64,000 nt of DNA, taken from the sequence record NC_048047.1; one strand, written 5' to 3'. Position numbers and translations under genes: made by a program. This document shows, piece after piece, positions 1 through 10,209 of this stretch; position 1 is the stretch's first letter, and every line of letters starts with the position of its first letter. A model generated the notes under the pieces. That model was not told the origin of the DNA. It made no database searches and was given only the letters and a program-made list of their open reading frames with translations.

Positions 1-4
1 GAGC

Positions 5-247
5 ATGGCCCGCATGCCCGAGTATCAGAATCCGCGCAATCCCAACCGCCTTCCCGAAAAGTCGATGTCGTCGACCAAGGTCTTCCCGCCTCGCTACTGG
101 CAGGCGGCCGAACGCCTGATTAAGGAAGGCGCCGTGGTCGCCACTTGCGGCAGCCCTGACATCCGCGACGACTTCAGCAATCCTTTGTTCATGATCGCCG
201 GGCCAAACTACGACAAGGCCATACGCACCTATCTGGGAGACGTCTGA
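5..247 (+). CDS. hypothetical protein (true start may lie upstream of window)
   Basis: ORF with stop overlapping next ATG (TGATG at 245-249). Confidence 0.6.
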   Translation: MARMPEYQNPRNPNRLPEKSMSSTKVFPPRYWQAAERLIKEGAVVATCGSPDIRDDFSNPLFMIAGPNYDKAIRTYLGDV

Positions 248-408
248 TGCTCTACGAAGCTTGCGCCTTCGGTTACGGTGTCGTGACCTTGCGCCCGGCC
301 CCGCTCATTGAACTCCTGGCGTTCGTCGTCGCCCTGGCCGCCGGCGTCGAGTGCTGGCGCGCATGGGCCATGCGCGAGGTCAAGAAGGCCATGCAAGAAA
401 ACGGTTGA
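247..408 (+). CDS. small membrane protein (53 aa, not in ORF track)
   Basis: MLYEACAFGYGVVTLRPAPLIELLAFVVALAAGVECWRAW...; coupled to upstream stop; one hydrophobic segment. Confidence 0.55.
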   Translation: MLYEACAFGYGVVTLRPAPLIELLAFVVALAAGVECWRAWAMREVKKAMQENG

Positions 409-433
409 CTCAATCCTCGAACCCACCTAGAAA
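393..433 (+). promoter_or_regulatory. sigma70-type promoter with TGCAAGAAA upstream element
   Basis: TGCAAGAAAACGG-TTGACT(405-410)-17 nt-TAGAAA(428-433), upstream of acyltransferase. Confidence 0.7.
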
Positions 434-460
434 TCAGGCTCCGCAATCGAGGAGGACCCG

Positions 461-1507
461 ATGAAGAAGGAACGGTTCGAGGTGCTGGACGCCCTGCGCG
501 GCGTCGCTGCCGTGCTGGTGATGCTTTATCACGTTGGCAACACCTTCTCGGCCGAGGCCGGCATTGGTCATCTGGCGATCTTCGCCCAGCACGGCTGGGT
601 GGCGGTCGACTTCTTCTTCATGCTGAGCGGCTTCATCATCGCCCACGCCTATGACGCCAAGCTGGCGACTGGGCTGGGCGCGATGCCGTTCATGAAGGCG
701 CGCATCAAGCGGCTCTATCCCTTGTACTTGGTCGGTGCGGTCCTGGGCGCGTTCGCGACCGTCTGCCTGACCCTGACCAAAGACGTGCCCGTCGGACCCG
801 CCGAGGTGATCGTTGTCCTGACCACGACACTGCTGTTCTGCCCCATCCTGGGTGCGGCTCCCGCCTTCGTTTTCAACGTGCCGGCGTGGTCTCTGTTCTT
901 CGAGATCGTGGCCAATCTCGCCTACGCCGCCGGCTTCAAGTGGACTTCCAAGCGCGTACTGCTGGGCGCCTCGCTGGTGGGTCTCGCGGGGCTGGGCGCC
1001 TGCCATGCTGCTTACGGCACGCTCGACGTGGGCTGGTCCGGCGGCAACTTCCTGGGTGGGCTGGCCCGCATCGCCTTTGCCTTCCCCTTGGGCGCGCTGA
1101 TCTATCGCCTCCACGTCGAAGGCCGTTTCTCCTGGGTCCCCCGCGTCAGCCCGGTCATGCTGATCGCCTTGCTGGTGGCTCTCACCTGCCTGCCGGCGCC
1201 GCGCAACACCATGATCGATCTGCCGATCATCGCCACGATCTTCCCTCTTTACCTGATCCTGGCAGCCCAGTCGCGCTTCGCTAAACCGGCCAAGCTGCTT
1301 CGCCAAGGCGGCGATCTCTCCTACGCGCTCTATGCGACCCACTCGCCGGTCTTGGTCCTGGTCTCGGCGATCCAGGTCGCCGCACATGCCTCGCCCGTCC
1401 TGCTACTGACCTCGGCGCCCTTGGCTATCCTCGTGGCAATGGGCGCGCAGCACCTGACGACGAAATCCTGCAAGAAAGCGGTTGACACCCGTCTGGCGGT
1501 CGCCTAA
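461..1507 (+). CDS. acyltransferase family 3 (OafA/YrhL-like integral membrane O-acyltransferase)
   Basis: LDALRGVAAVLVMLYH, AVDFFFMLSGFII, RIKRLYP, WSLFFE and GDLSYALY motifs; multiple TM helices; SD GGAGG. Confidence 0.92.
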   Translation: MKKERFEVLDALRGVAAVLVMLYHVGNTFSAEAGIGHLAIFAQHGWVAVDFFFMLSGFIIAHAYDAKLATGLGAMPFMKARIKRLYPLYLVGAVLGAFATVCLTLTKDVPVGPAEVIVVLTTTLLFCPILGAAPAFVFNVPAWSLFFEIVANLAYAAGFKWTSKRVLLGASLVGLAGLGACHAAYGTLDVGWSGGNFLGGLARIAFAFPLGALIYRLHVEGRFSWVPRVSPVMLIALLVALTCLPAPRNTMIDLPIIATIFPLYLILAAQSRFAKPAKLLRQGGDLSYALYATHSPVLVLVSAIQVAAHASPVLLLTSAPLAILVAMGAQHLTTKSCKKAVDTRLAVA

Positions 1508-1511
1508 GACT
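1469..1511 (+). promoter_or_regulatory. sigma70-type promoter with TGCAAGAAA upstream element
   Basis: TGCAAGAAAGCGG-TTGACA(1482-1487)-17 nt-TAAGAC. Confidence 0.7.
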
Positions 1512-1542
1512 AGGACATCAACCGCGAAGGGAGCCCCAGCGC

Positions 1543-2058
1543 ATGCCGAAGAAAATCCACACCGTGACTTTCGCCGATGGCACGACCGCCACCCGCGAGT
1601 CCGAGAACCGGACCTACAGCCACGTCGTGGTCGGCAAGCACGACAAGCGGGTCGACATCGACTACGCGCGCAAGCGTTCGCGCAGCGATCGCAGCAACTA
1701 CGACTACTACACGAACATGGCCAACGCCACGCCGGGCGTCCCGGCGACCTACACCTCGCACTCGGACGACCGCCCCTTCACCTTCACCTATACCGCCGCC
1801 GAGATCGCCAACGGCCAGGAAGAAATCGCCGGCCGCGACGCGGACACCTACTGCAAGGACAAGCTGGCCGAACGTCTCGACGAGATCGAGAAGAAAGCCG
1901 CTGAAGGGTACTACGATCGCTGGAACGCCCTGACCTGGGCCTCCCGCGCCGATCTGGCCGCCAAGCAGGTGAACAACTGGGCCAAGACCTTCACCGAGGT
2001 CACCATCCTGCCGGCCGAGTACCGCGAGGTCACCCCGCGCAAGAAGAAGGAGGCCTGA
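1543..2058 (+). CDS. hypothetical phage protein
   Basis: 171 aa ORF, SD AAGGGAG, typical codon bias. Confidence 0.8.
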   Translation: MPKKIHTVTFADGTTATRESENRTYSHVVVGKHDKRVDIDYARKRSRSDRSNYDYYTNMANATPGVPATYTSHSDDRPFTFTYTAAEIANGQEEIAGRDADTYCKDKLAERLDEIEKKAAEGYYDRWNALTWASRADLAAKQVNNWAKTFTEVTILPAEYREVTPRKKKEA

Positions 2059-2062
2059 CGCC

Positions 2063-3992
2063 ATGGGCGAGCCCTACAGGCCCCCTCTCAGCGACGCCAA
2101 CCTCGCCCTGATCGTCAAGGCCCTGGAGCGCTACACGATGGACGAGCGCGCCGTGGCCTTCAACGACCGGATGTCGATGGACATTCGCGCCGCCGCCAAG
2201 ACCAAGGCCGATGAGGCCAGTAAGCTGCGCCTCGACCTGCTGAACAGGACGATAAGCTGATGGCCTGGACCTGGGAGGCCCGCAACTCCAAGACCAAGGA
2301 GTCCCTGGCGGGCACGGCCGCCACGCAAGGCGAAGCTCGCCAGATGGCGGAGCAGGGCAAGGATCGCCTGGGCTTCAAGAACACCGGGGCCTATGTCACC
2401 TCGCCCAAGGGCGTGGTCTGGCACTACGGCCTGCGCAACGACAACCGCTCCGGCTCCGTCTGGCGCCGTCTGGAAAAGGACTGACCCATGACCACCGAAC
2501 TGATCTTCCGGGCCATCGCCGTGACGCTCGCCTTCCAGCAGGTCGTCTCGGGCTTCGGCGCCACGGTCGACCGCACCGAGACCGGCTACGTGGTCGGAGC
2601 CACCTACAACTGGGCCAACCTCTTCTTCGCCGGCGCCTTGATCGCCTTCGCCGTCTACGGCTTCAGCCTCTTCCGCTAGGAGAACACCATGGCTCGACGA
2701 GCCCCTTTCGATTTCGTTCAGCGCACGGCCCTGGCCCGGACCTATCTCGACGATGGCGCCCCGTTCTCGGCCGCGCGCATCCTCGAAGAACTGGCCAAGG
2801 ACATCCGCGAAGCCGGCGAGGCGCGCAACCGTACCATTGAAGCGGAATTGGAGGGCAAGGAGTGAGCCGCCTGCGTCAAGCCGGCGAGATCACCGCCGTC
2901 GTCGTGTTCGGCATCCCGTTTCTGCTGGCCTACCTGCTCACGGGCCTGATCGCCCGGAGCCTCCCCATGGGCGGCGAGGTCCACAACTGGGTCTGGAACA
3001 TCAAGGGTGGCAAGCGCCAGCCCTGGCGCCAGTTCTGGGCTGACACCAAGCAGGCCTATATCGAGCGACGCACCTGGACCAAGGTGCGCAAAAGCTCCGA
3101 TCGGCTGTTCCGTCAAATGCGTAAAGGACTGTAGCCGCTATGAACCATCCTCCAGGCATGATCCAGGCCCTGCGCGGTCTGAAGGGCACCTTTCTGGGTG
3201 AAGGCGGCGGCCGGTTGGCGACCCCGGATGATACCGCCTCGGCCGTCGACACCGTGTGCCGCTACATCGAGGCGACGCTGCCGATGGGCCTCACCGACGC
3301 GATCGGCTACCAGATCGTCCAGGGTGGCAAGAACATCGAGGTCAACGACGCCACGTGGGAGCAACTGGCCCAGGCCGTTGTTGAACTGCTCGACTTCCTG
3401 GAGCACGCCGACAATCTCACCGAGCACATGAGCAGGGCCGTCAGCGCCGCCCGTGACGGCAAGAAGTTGCCGATGCTGTTCGAGGCCGGCTGATGGCTCT
3501 GCGACTGCGCAAGACCAATCCAACGCGCTGGAACGGCAACGGCTTTGGCAGAGACGCCGCCGAGTGGGAGTTGGTCGACTATCCTGGCTGGGCGCTCTAC
3601 AGGTCCGGCGGCTGGTGGTACGCCAAGAATGGTGATCAGGTGGTCCACGCCGACTACCGCGATCAACTCCTGAAAAAGCTCGAACCGATCGTCACGGCGT
3701 CCGCATGAACTACGTCCAGCATCCCGTCCGCTTCATGGGCCAGCCGATTGGCAGGACCGCCACCTCCAAGCTTCAGGCCGCCCTAACGGTCCTGACGTGG
3801 CTCAAGCCTGGGCAGGTCCCGGCCGAATACTGCCCGGTCGAGCGCAAGGTCCGATCCACGGGCCTGAACGCTGGCAAGGTCAGCAACATCCACCTCTACC
3901 CGACTACGGGCCGGCTGGTGAAGAACACCACGTTCGACGGTCAGGGATTCAATGTGGGCATCGGGCTGCCGGATCGGCGCCTGCGTCGCTAA
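2063..3992 (+). CDS. run of small coupled hypothetical genes (2063-2260, 2260-2484, 2488-2679, 2689-2865, 2862-3134, 3140-3493, 3493-3708, 3705-3992)
   Basis: overlapping or adjacent stop and start codons, consistent codon bias; 2689-2865 (MARRAPFDFVQRTALARTYLDDGA...) is not in the ORF track. Confidence 0.75.
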
Positions 3993-4074
3993 TCTTGGCA
4001 TGTGACGTCAAAAACGTCATGCAGCCGTCCTAAAAGTGTGCCATAGAGTTTTCACCATCACTCGGGGAGTACCA

Positions 4075-4644
4075 ATGAGACGTAACATTCTCTTCGCGGG
4101 CGCCGGCCTTGCCCTGGCTGCGCTCACCCTGGCGGCGTGTGATACGCCCCAGCAGCAGGCCATCAATCAGGCAGCCTACAACGCCTCCCAGCGCGCGGCC
4201 TACGTGGCCAAGAACGCCCTGGACTTCGACAACTACAACAAGCGCCAACGGCTGAGCGACAACCCGTCGACCATCATCTGGTGTACGGCCGTCTTCCCGC
4301 AGGCGGGTATGCCGCCGATCACCGTGCCGATCGTCGGCAAGCTGACCTCGGGCGGCAAGCGTCCGTTCGACACCGCCATGGGGCCGGACGGCATGTACGG
4401 CTCATCGGGCGAGTACCGCTACGGCTTCACGCCGGGCGGCAACATGGTCGAATTCGACGGCATCCCGACCTTCTGCTCCAATGAGCCGACGGTCTGGCAG
4501 CGCGAGAAGACCACCATCGTCGTCGAGACCGCCGCCGATCTGTCGGCCGCGACCAAGACCGCCCAGACCCACGTGGCTGGCGGCCAGGGCGCCCGCGCCG
4601 ACGCCATCCTGTCGGCCGCCGTGAAGGGGACCCCCAACCAATGA
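4075..4644 (+). CDS. putative lipoprotein
   Basis: MRRNILFAGAGLALAALTLAA-C lipobox; SD GGGGAG. Confidence 0.8.
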   Translation: MRRNILFAGAGLALAALTLAACDTPQQQAINQAAYNASQRAAYVAKNALDFDNYNKRQRLSDNPSTIIWCTAVFPQAGMPPITVPIVGKLTSGGKRPFDTAMGPDGMYGSSGEYRYGFTPGGNMVEFDGIPTFCSNEPTVWQREKTTIVVETAADLSAATKTAQTHVAGGQGARADAILSAAVKGTPNQ

Positions 4645-5036
4645 AGGTCGTCTCCTCCATCTTCCTCGGCATCCTAACTCTCGTGATCATCCTGCTGGCC
4701 GCCAACGGCCTGGGCTGGCTCGGCGCCGGCTCCAACGTCGTCTCGGCGGGCAACGTCAAGGCCCAATGGGCCGAGGCCTACAAGACCCACGAGTCCCTGG
4801 GCTCGGCCGCCTTCTCGGTGTGCTCGGCGGACAAGGCCCTGGCCAACGCCATCACCGACGGCGAACGCATCCAGCGTCAGACCCAGCTTTCGGCCTATGA
4901 GCAGAACTACGCCCGCATCGCCGGCGAGTACAACGCCCAGATGGCCGACGGCTTCCGGGCCAAGTACGTCAAACCGGGCGACCTGCCCGATCGGGCGGAG
5001 ACGCTGAGCGAAGCCAAGGCGACCTGCGCCGGCTAG
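4641..5036 (+). CDS. membrane-anchored helical protein
   Basis: N-terminal TM helix then helical domain; ATGA overlap with lipoprotein gene. Confidence 0.75.
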   Translation: MKVVSSIFLGILTLVIILLAANGLGWLGAGSNVVSAGNVKAQWAEAYKTHESLGSAAFSVCSADKALANAITDGERIQRQTQLSAYEQNYARIAGEYNAQMADGFRAKYVKPGDLPDRAETLSEAKATCAG

Positions 5037-5058
5037 GCGCAAGACCCTGGACATGACG

Positions 5059-5086
5059 AAGGCCCGGAGGCGCCTCCGGGCCTTTT
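5059..5086. terminator. likely bidirectional rho-independent terminator
   Basis: AAGGCCCGGAGG-CG-CCTCCGGGCCTT-TT perfect inverted repeat between convergent CDS and tRNAs. Confidence 0.85.
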
Positions 5087-5141
5087 GCATGCCATATCAC
5101 TCATAATCGGCATTTTCGCATGATATGTCATGTCAAGGGGA

Positions 5142-5219
5142 TGGCGGCCCCGGCGGGAATCGAACCCGCGACCTCTGCTTTCGGAAAACAGCGCTCTTGT
5201 TCCGCTGAGCTACGGGGCC
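5142..5219 (-). tRNA. tRNA-Arg(CCG)
   Basis: reverse complement GGCCCCGTAGCTCAGCGGAACAAGAGCG CTGTT TTCCGAA AGCAG AGGTCGCGGGTTCGATTCCCGCCGGGGCCGCCA; cloverleaf, anticodon CCG, encoded CCA. Confidence 0.9.
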
Positions 5220-5220
5220 A

Positions 5221-5295
5221 TGGCGTGCCCGGCCGGAATCAAACCGGCATCCGGCGCTTAGAAGGCGCTTGCTCTCTTCGTTGAGCTACGGGCAC
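5221..5295 (-). tRNA. tRNA-Arg(TCT)
   Basis: reverse complement GTGCCCGTAGCTCAACGAAGAGAGCA AGCGC CTTCTAA GCGCC GGATGCCGGTTTGATTCCGGCCGGGCACGCCA; anticodon TCT, encoded CCA, T-loop variant TTTGATT. Confidence 0.85.
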
Positions 5296-5460
5296 GAGGG
5301 GTCAAGGGTCGGCTTAGCGCCGCCGCCTGGAGACCGTTCTGATCGTGGCCGTAAAAGTCATATTCGATCTCTAGCCCATATTTCCTGGGCTGTAAAGAAA
5401 CGTGATTCGTGACACGATGACATCTTGCGCGTCACAGGGAACCCAGGGTATCAAAGACCC

Positions 5461-5845
5461 ATGTCCGATGAGGCCTTCATCAACACGCTGCTGAGCGACC
5501 CGCGCAATGCGGGCCTCACGCGCGGCTGGCTGGAATACGCCCTTGGACTTCTGGGCCGTCACGCGCTGAGCGAAATCCTCTCGCCGGGGAAGCTGACCGC
5601 CGAGGAACTTCGCGCCGTGTCGGCACGCCCCCGCGAGGCCGCCTGAGATGCCCCAGAAGATGCTGAGCGTCTGCACCTGCCGCCAATGCAAGCGCGCCCG
5701 CCGGCGCGGTCGCATCCTGGGCGCGCGCCTGCTCAAACACCTGGGCAGCCGGGCGCATTTCCAATCGGGCGTAGTGCCGTTCGCGCGCTACGCCAAGGGC
5801 AAGCGCATCCGCCGCCCGCAGAACCAGAAGGACCTCGACGAGTGA
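5461..5845 (+). CDS. two small hypothetical proteins (5461-5646; 5648-5845 with CxCxxC motif)
   Basis: adjacent ORFs; second is basic and has CTCRQC. Confidence 0.6.
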
Positions 5846-6198
5846 ACCGCGTCCTCCCGCTCCTTGCGCTCTGCGCCCTAGGCCTATCCGGCTGTCTGGA
5901 CCCCAAGACCAAGGCCGCTATCAAGGCAAACCAGGAGGCCCAGGCGCGCGAATACGACGCCCGGCAGGCCCGCTACCAGCGCGACGTCGATTACCTCTAT
6001 CGCACCAAGGTCGTGCGCGTCTGCACGGCCAAGTCCACCTACATCGTCCAGGGCGTCGATGGTCGCCGTTGGGTCTCCAACGGACCAAACCCCGGCCAAA
6101 ACTGGATGGCCATCCGCGAGACCGCCGGTCACAGCAACCCCTGGGTCACCGTCGATCCGGTCTCCTCCGACATCCCTCTCACGGACATTTGCCAGTGA
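5842..6198 (+). CDS. putative lipoprotein
   Basis: GTG start overlapping upstream stop; MNRVLPLLALCALGLSG-C lipobox. Confidence 0.75.
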   Translation: MNRVLPLLALCALGLSGCLDPKTKAAIKANQEAQAREYDARQARYQRDVDYLYRTKVVRVCTAKSTYIVQGVDGRRWVSNGPNPGQNWMAIRETAGHSNPWVTVDPVSSDIPLTDICQ

Positions 6199-8269
6199 CC
6201 TTCGATCGCGAGCGCCCGCTTTATCGCTATTTCGCGCTGCCCGAGGACGGAGGTCCTGGCTGGTACGAGGTCGGCGCCGACAACCGCCCACTGCCGAAGA
6301 AGGTTCCCGACCTGACCGATTTCGCCTTGCGCCGGTTCTTGTCGGCCGCCGACTGGGGCGACGCCTTCCTGACCGCCTTGGGCGCGTACAAGAAGGCGAC
6401 CATCTACTATGGTCCCGATAGCGTCGAATTGGCTCGGGACGTCAGTGCCGCCCACAAGCTGAACTTCCGCCGAGGCGATTTCGGCCGCTTCATGCCCTAC
6501 TTCTACTACAACGATGGCTCGCGTCAGGCCGGGACCGGCGCGCCTAAGCGTTCCGCCGCCGAGGAGGCCGCGTTCGGCTACGAGATCGTCGGCGCCGACG
6601 GTACGCATAAGCATGTTCTGGACGCCAACCGCGACGAACTGCTCCTGGCGATCGTCAACCTGACCGACTGCATGGAAGCCGTGCGTAGCGACGTGCTTTC
6701 GCGCCTCAATCAGATCGATCGCAGCTACAACACCGGTGATCACATCGCCGATTGCCTGGAGGCCGGCCAGTGACCGAGAACATAGAGCAAGCGATCGTAC
6801 CCAGCCCGCCCAAGGATCGTGATCTCGCCGGCCTGATCAAGGTCCTGGCCGGAGCCCTCTACTACGAGGCCGACGACCCCGCGCCCAGCGGCGACTACTT
6901 CAACTACCATGGTGGTCACGTCAGTTCGGCTGAACGCAAGGACTACAGGGTCAGCGTGGAGGGCAACGTCCTGTCGGTGGGCGCCAACCTGGGCGATGAT
7001 TTCTACAACGTCAACTTCCTGGCGCCGAAACTCTATGACCGCCTGGAAGCGTTCTTCGCCCAGGAGCACGGTCGGCGCATCCATGCTCTGCTCGAACAGG
7101 TGACCGATCACGAGCGCCGCTACGTCGAGCACCTCTTCGGACCGGACGCTGCCAAGTGATCGACATCAAGACCGCAGAGACTGAAGACCTGCTCAAAGTC
7201 GTCGACGTGGCGACCGAGTTCGAGCACGCCCGTCAGCAGGCCTATAGCAAGGCCAAGGTCGACAGCGAATTCCAGCCCTGGTTCGAGCGCGCTGAAGCCC
7301 TCTACCAGGACTTCTGCGCCGCCTATGGCCTCAAGCCTAAACCGGTCTTCGACAGCGAGCAGCACATCCGCCTGCGGATCGCGCAAGGCCACCCCGACTT
7401 CCTCCACTACCATGACCGGCCCGAGTTCGCCGACGTCGTGCCCTACTCCCTGCCGCGTGAAGGCTGGTGATGACCAAGAAGCTGACGCCCTACGAGCGGA
7501 TCGTCGAGGCCGGCCGCAAGGGCGTGGGCGTGCGGCTGTCCGTGGAGGAGTGTCAGGCCCTGATGCTCGACGACGCCATCGCCCAGGCCGCCTACATGGC
7601 CCAGATGCAGCGCTCCGGTAAATACGACTGGGACGATGATGGCCACAACTGGACTCCCCTATGACCGCCAAGCCGCCTAAGCCCCTCAAGACCCTGGCCC
7701 AGAAGGACTCCAAGTTCTGGGACCACACCCTGGCGTTCCTGACGACGTTCAACGAGCGTTTCGATCACCTGCCGGCCGAGGCCTTCGCCGCGCCGCGCTG
7801 GATGGGCCGCTGCCGCCATGACGCCGAGCCGTGGCAGAAGACGGCGCACGAAATCTACATCCAGGCCTATCGGATGTGGCGCAGTTCGCTGGGACCGCGC
7901 ACCGACCCGCTGTTCCCAGGGACGATGAAGTCCTACATCCAGGAACCGCCGTCGGTAGGGTCCGTCGTGTTCGTCGGGAGCATCCGACCGAGCATGAACC
8001 TGTGGAAGGCCGTGGGCATGATCACCCTGATCGAGCCTTGTCACGAGGGACTGAGCGGCGCGCCACGTCTCTACGATAAGGACGGAGGGCCGTTTGGCTA
8101 TTCGCCCATGTGGACCATCAAGCTGTTCGACGGCACGACCATGCGCTGGCACAACTGCGATCCCCACAGGCTTCTCACGCCACGCATGACCAATGCCGTC
8201 CCTGGCTGGAACGAGCCCATGACCCAAGAAGAGGCCAAGCGCCTCGCGCCTGGAGTGCCCAACTGGTGA
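6195..8269 (+). CDS. coupled hypothetical genes (6195-6773, 6770-7159, 7156-7470, 7467-7664, 7661-8269)
   Basis: GTGA/ATGA stop-start overlaps throughout. Confidence 0.75.
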
Positions 8270-9009
8270 GCTACGGTACCGAAATCGCCCTCAACTACGA
8301 GGCCCTGCGCGCCAGTGGCGCGGTGCCTCAGAACTTCGGCTTGGGCTTCATCCAGTTGAAGATCACCGAACATAGCCGTATCCACTTTTGGACCGGCGAG
8401 CCCAACGTCCCCGAGGACGAAATCCACGATCATCGCTACGACTTCACGTCCGAGGTGATCAAGGGCTTCATCGAGCACGAGACGTTTGACTTTAGACCCC
8501 TCCTTTACAGTCTGCTCGATCTGAAGCTGGGCGAACATCTCGATTCCTGGACGATCGAGAACGTCTCCTGCGATCCGAACAATCCCGCGCCCATCGGCGA
8601 GCCGCGCTACGGCCGGGTCGAGCGCACCGGAGCCTATACCCTCCAGCCCAACTCCACCTACTGGTTCCCCAAGGGCGCCTTCCATCGTTCGCGCGGCAGC
8701 CGTGGCGCGATCACCTTCCTGGTCCGCCACTTCACCGAGCCGGCGCCGGACGTGCCCAAGGAAGTTGACTGCTCCGAGTGCGGCGGGACCGGTCTGGCGG
8801 AAATGTACGGCGAATGGCCCGTGCAGTTCGAAACTTGCGAGGTCTGCGGCGGGAACAAGAAGGTCCCCAACCCCGACTACCACTCGCCGCTCTCGGGCCT
8901 CCACGCTCGCGTCATCCGCCGGGCCGGCGCGCCCAAAGTCTGCCCGTTCGCCGACCCTCGGCCGGCTGAAGACCTGTGGGCCATAATCAAGGAATTCATC
9001 GAGCGATGA
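8266..9009 (+). CDS. cupin-like (HxH) protein with inserted DnaJ-type zinc finger
   Basis: RIHFW...EIHDHRYDFTSEVIKG...AFHRS; CSECGGTG...CEVCGGNK insertion. Confidence 0.55.
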   Translation: MSYGTEIALNYEALRASGAVPQNFGLGFIQLKITEHSRIHFWTGEPNVPEDEIHDHRYDFTSEVIKGFIEHETFDFRPLLYSLLDLKLGEHLDSWTIENVSCDPNNPAPIGEPRYGRVERTGAYTLQPNSTYWFPKGAFHRSRGSRGAITFLVRHFTEPAPDVPKEVDCSECGGTGLAEMYGEWPVQFETCEVCGGNKKVPNPDYHSPLSGLHARVIRRAGAPKVCPFADPRPAEDLWAIIKEFIER

Positions 9010-10209
9010 GCAGCCAGATCGAAGCGATGTTCCAGCTTCTGGACGGTCCAAAGATGCTGGACGCCAATCCTCCCAGCGGTCAGCCCAGCGGCCTCTCCGA
9101 TGAGAACTGGTCGGTCCTGAAGGATGCCTTGCGCTGGCCCGCGATCATGACCGTCGACGAAGGCCTGCACCTGACCTCGTGGGACAAGCTCGACGGGATC
9201 ATCAATCTCTGCGTCACCTATCGCGGCGCCAATGCGGACGCGGCGACGGCGCTGATCAAGCAGATCGCCTTCAGCGTCCCGCCCAAGTCGCCCGTGGACG
9301 CGGCTGACGAATATCACCGGGTGCGCCGGCTGTGCCGCGAGTTCGTCGAGATGCAGGCCAAGCGATGATCTACGTCCTGATCGCCGATGACCGCTGGTAC
9401 TCTGACGGTGGCACAAACCCCATCCTGGCCTCGCCGGACAAGGCGCTACTCGACCAGTACGCCGAGCACCTCAATCGCTTCAAGGTCTTTCCCCCGCCGG
9501 CGCCCGGTGTCGCAGGAGAGTTTGTCCGCAAGCCCGCCCTGTCCCATAAAAGCATTGCCGAGCGTAAGCGCCTCCTCCAGGAGGAGGTCGCCAAGATCGC
9601 GCCCGACATGCCTTCCTGGGCGATCAGCGACTGGTCCAGCGTCAGCTTCGAGGTCGAAGAGGTCCCCCTGGCCAAGCCGGGGCTCCTCGACAATATCTAT
9701 GGCGATTTGCTGAAGATTAGTGGCGGCGATATGGATGTCGTCGAGCGCCGGCTGGCGGCGTTCCGCGACTACGTCGACGCCCTCGGAGGAAAGACCTCGT
9801 GACCAGTTACACCGACGCCCTTTCGGCCAGCGATCTCATCGCCTTCATCGCCAACGATCGTCTCGAACTGAGCTTCGACAAGGCCCAATACCAGTTCACC
9901 GCGACGAAGCGCATCTGCGCCGATTGGCTCGCCGCGCGCTACCAGCAAGGCCAGCAAAGCGATCTCATCGGCCGCCGGGCGCGTGATCTCCTGGCCCAGC
10001 ACGATACCGAGCCGGCCGTGTACCCGATCGGCGACGCCACAGACGACCCTGCCGGCGTCGCGGGTACGTCCAGGGACCGTCGCGTCGTGACGATGGCTGC
10101 CCGTATCGCCACACTGGAGGCGCGCCTGGGGCTGCTGGACGAAGAGGCTCGCCTGACCGATGACGAGCCGCAAGGACCTTCCTTTGTGGGGCTGCGAGAC
10201 GATTTCTGA
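9006..10209 (+). CDS. coupled hypothetical genes (9006-9368, 9365-9802, 9799-10209)
   Basis: stop-start overlaps. Confidence 0.7.

Noticed and set aside
4075-5036. Firm spanin (Rz/Rz1) call
   Set aside because: Gene order is the reverse of the usual i-spanin then o-spanin, and no endolysin or holin is adjacent. Kept only as a hypothesis.
5142-5295. tRNAs as a prophage attachment site
   Set aside because: No integrase, duplicated tRNA 3' end or host-like flanking genes are present; both sides are phage-like.
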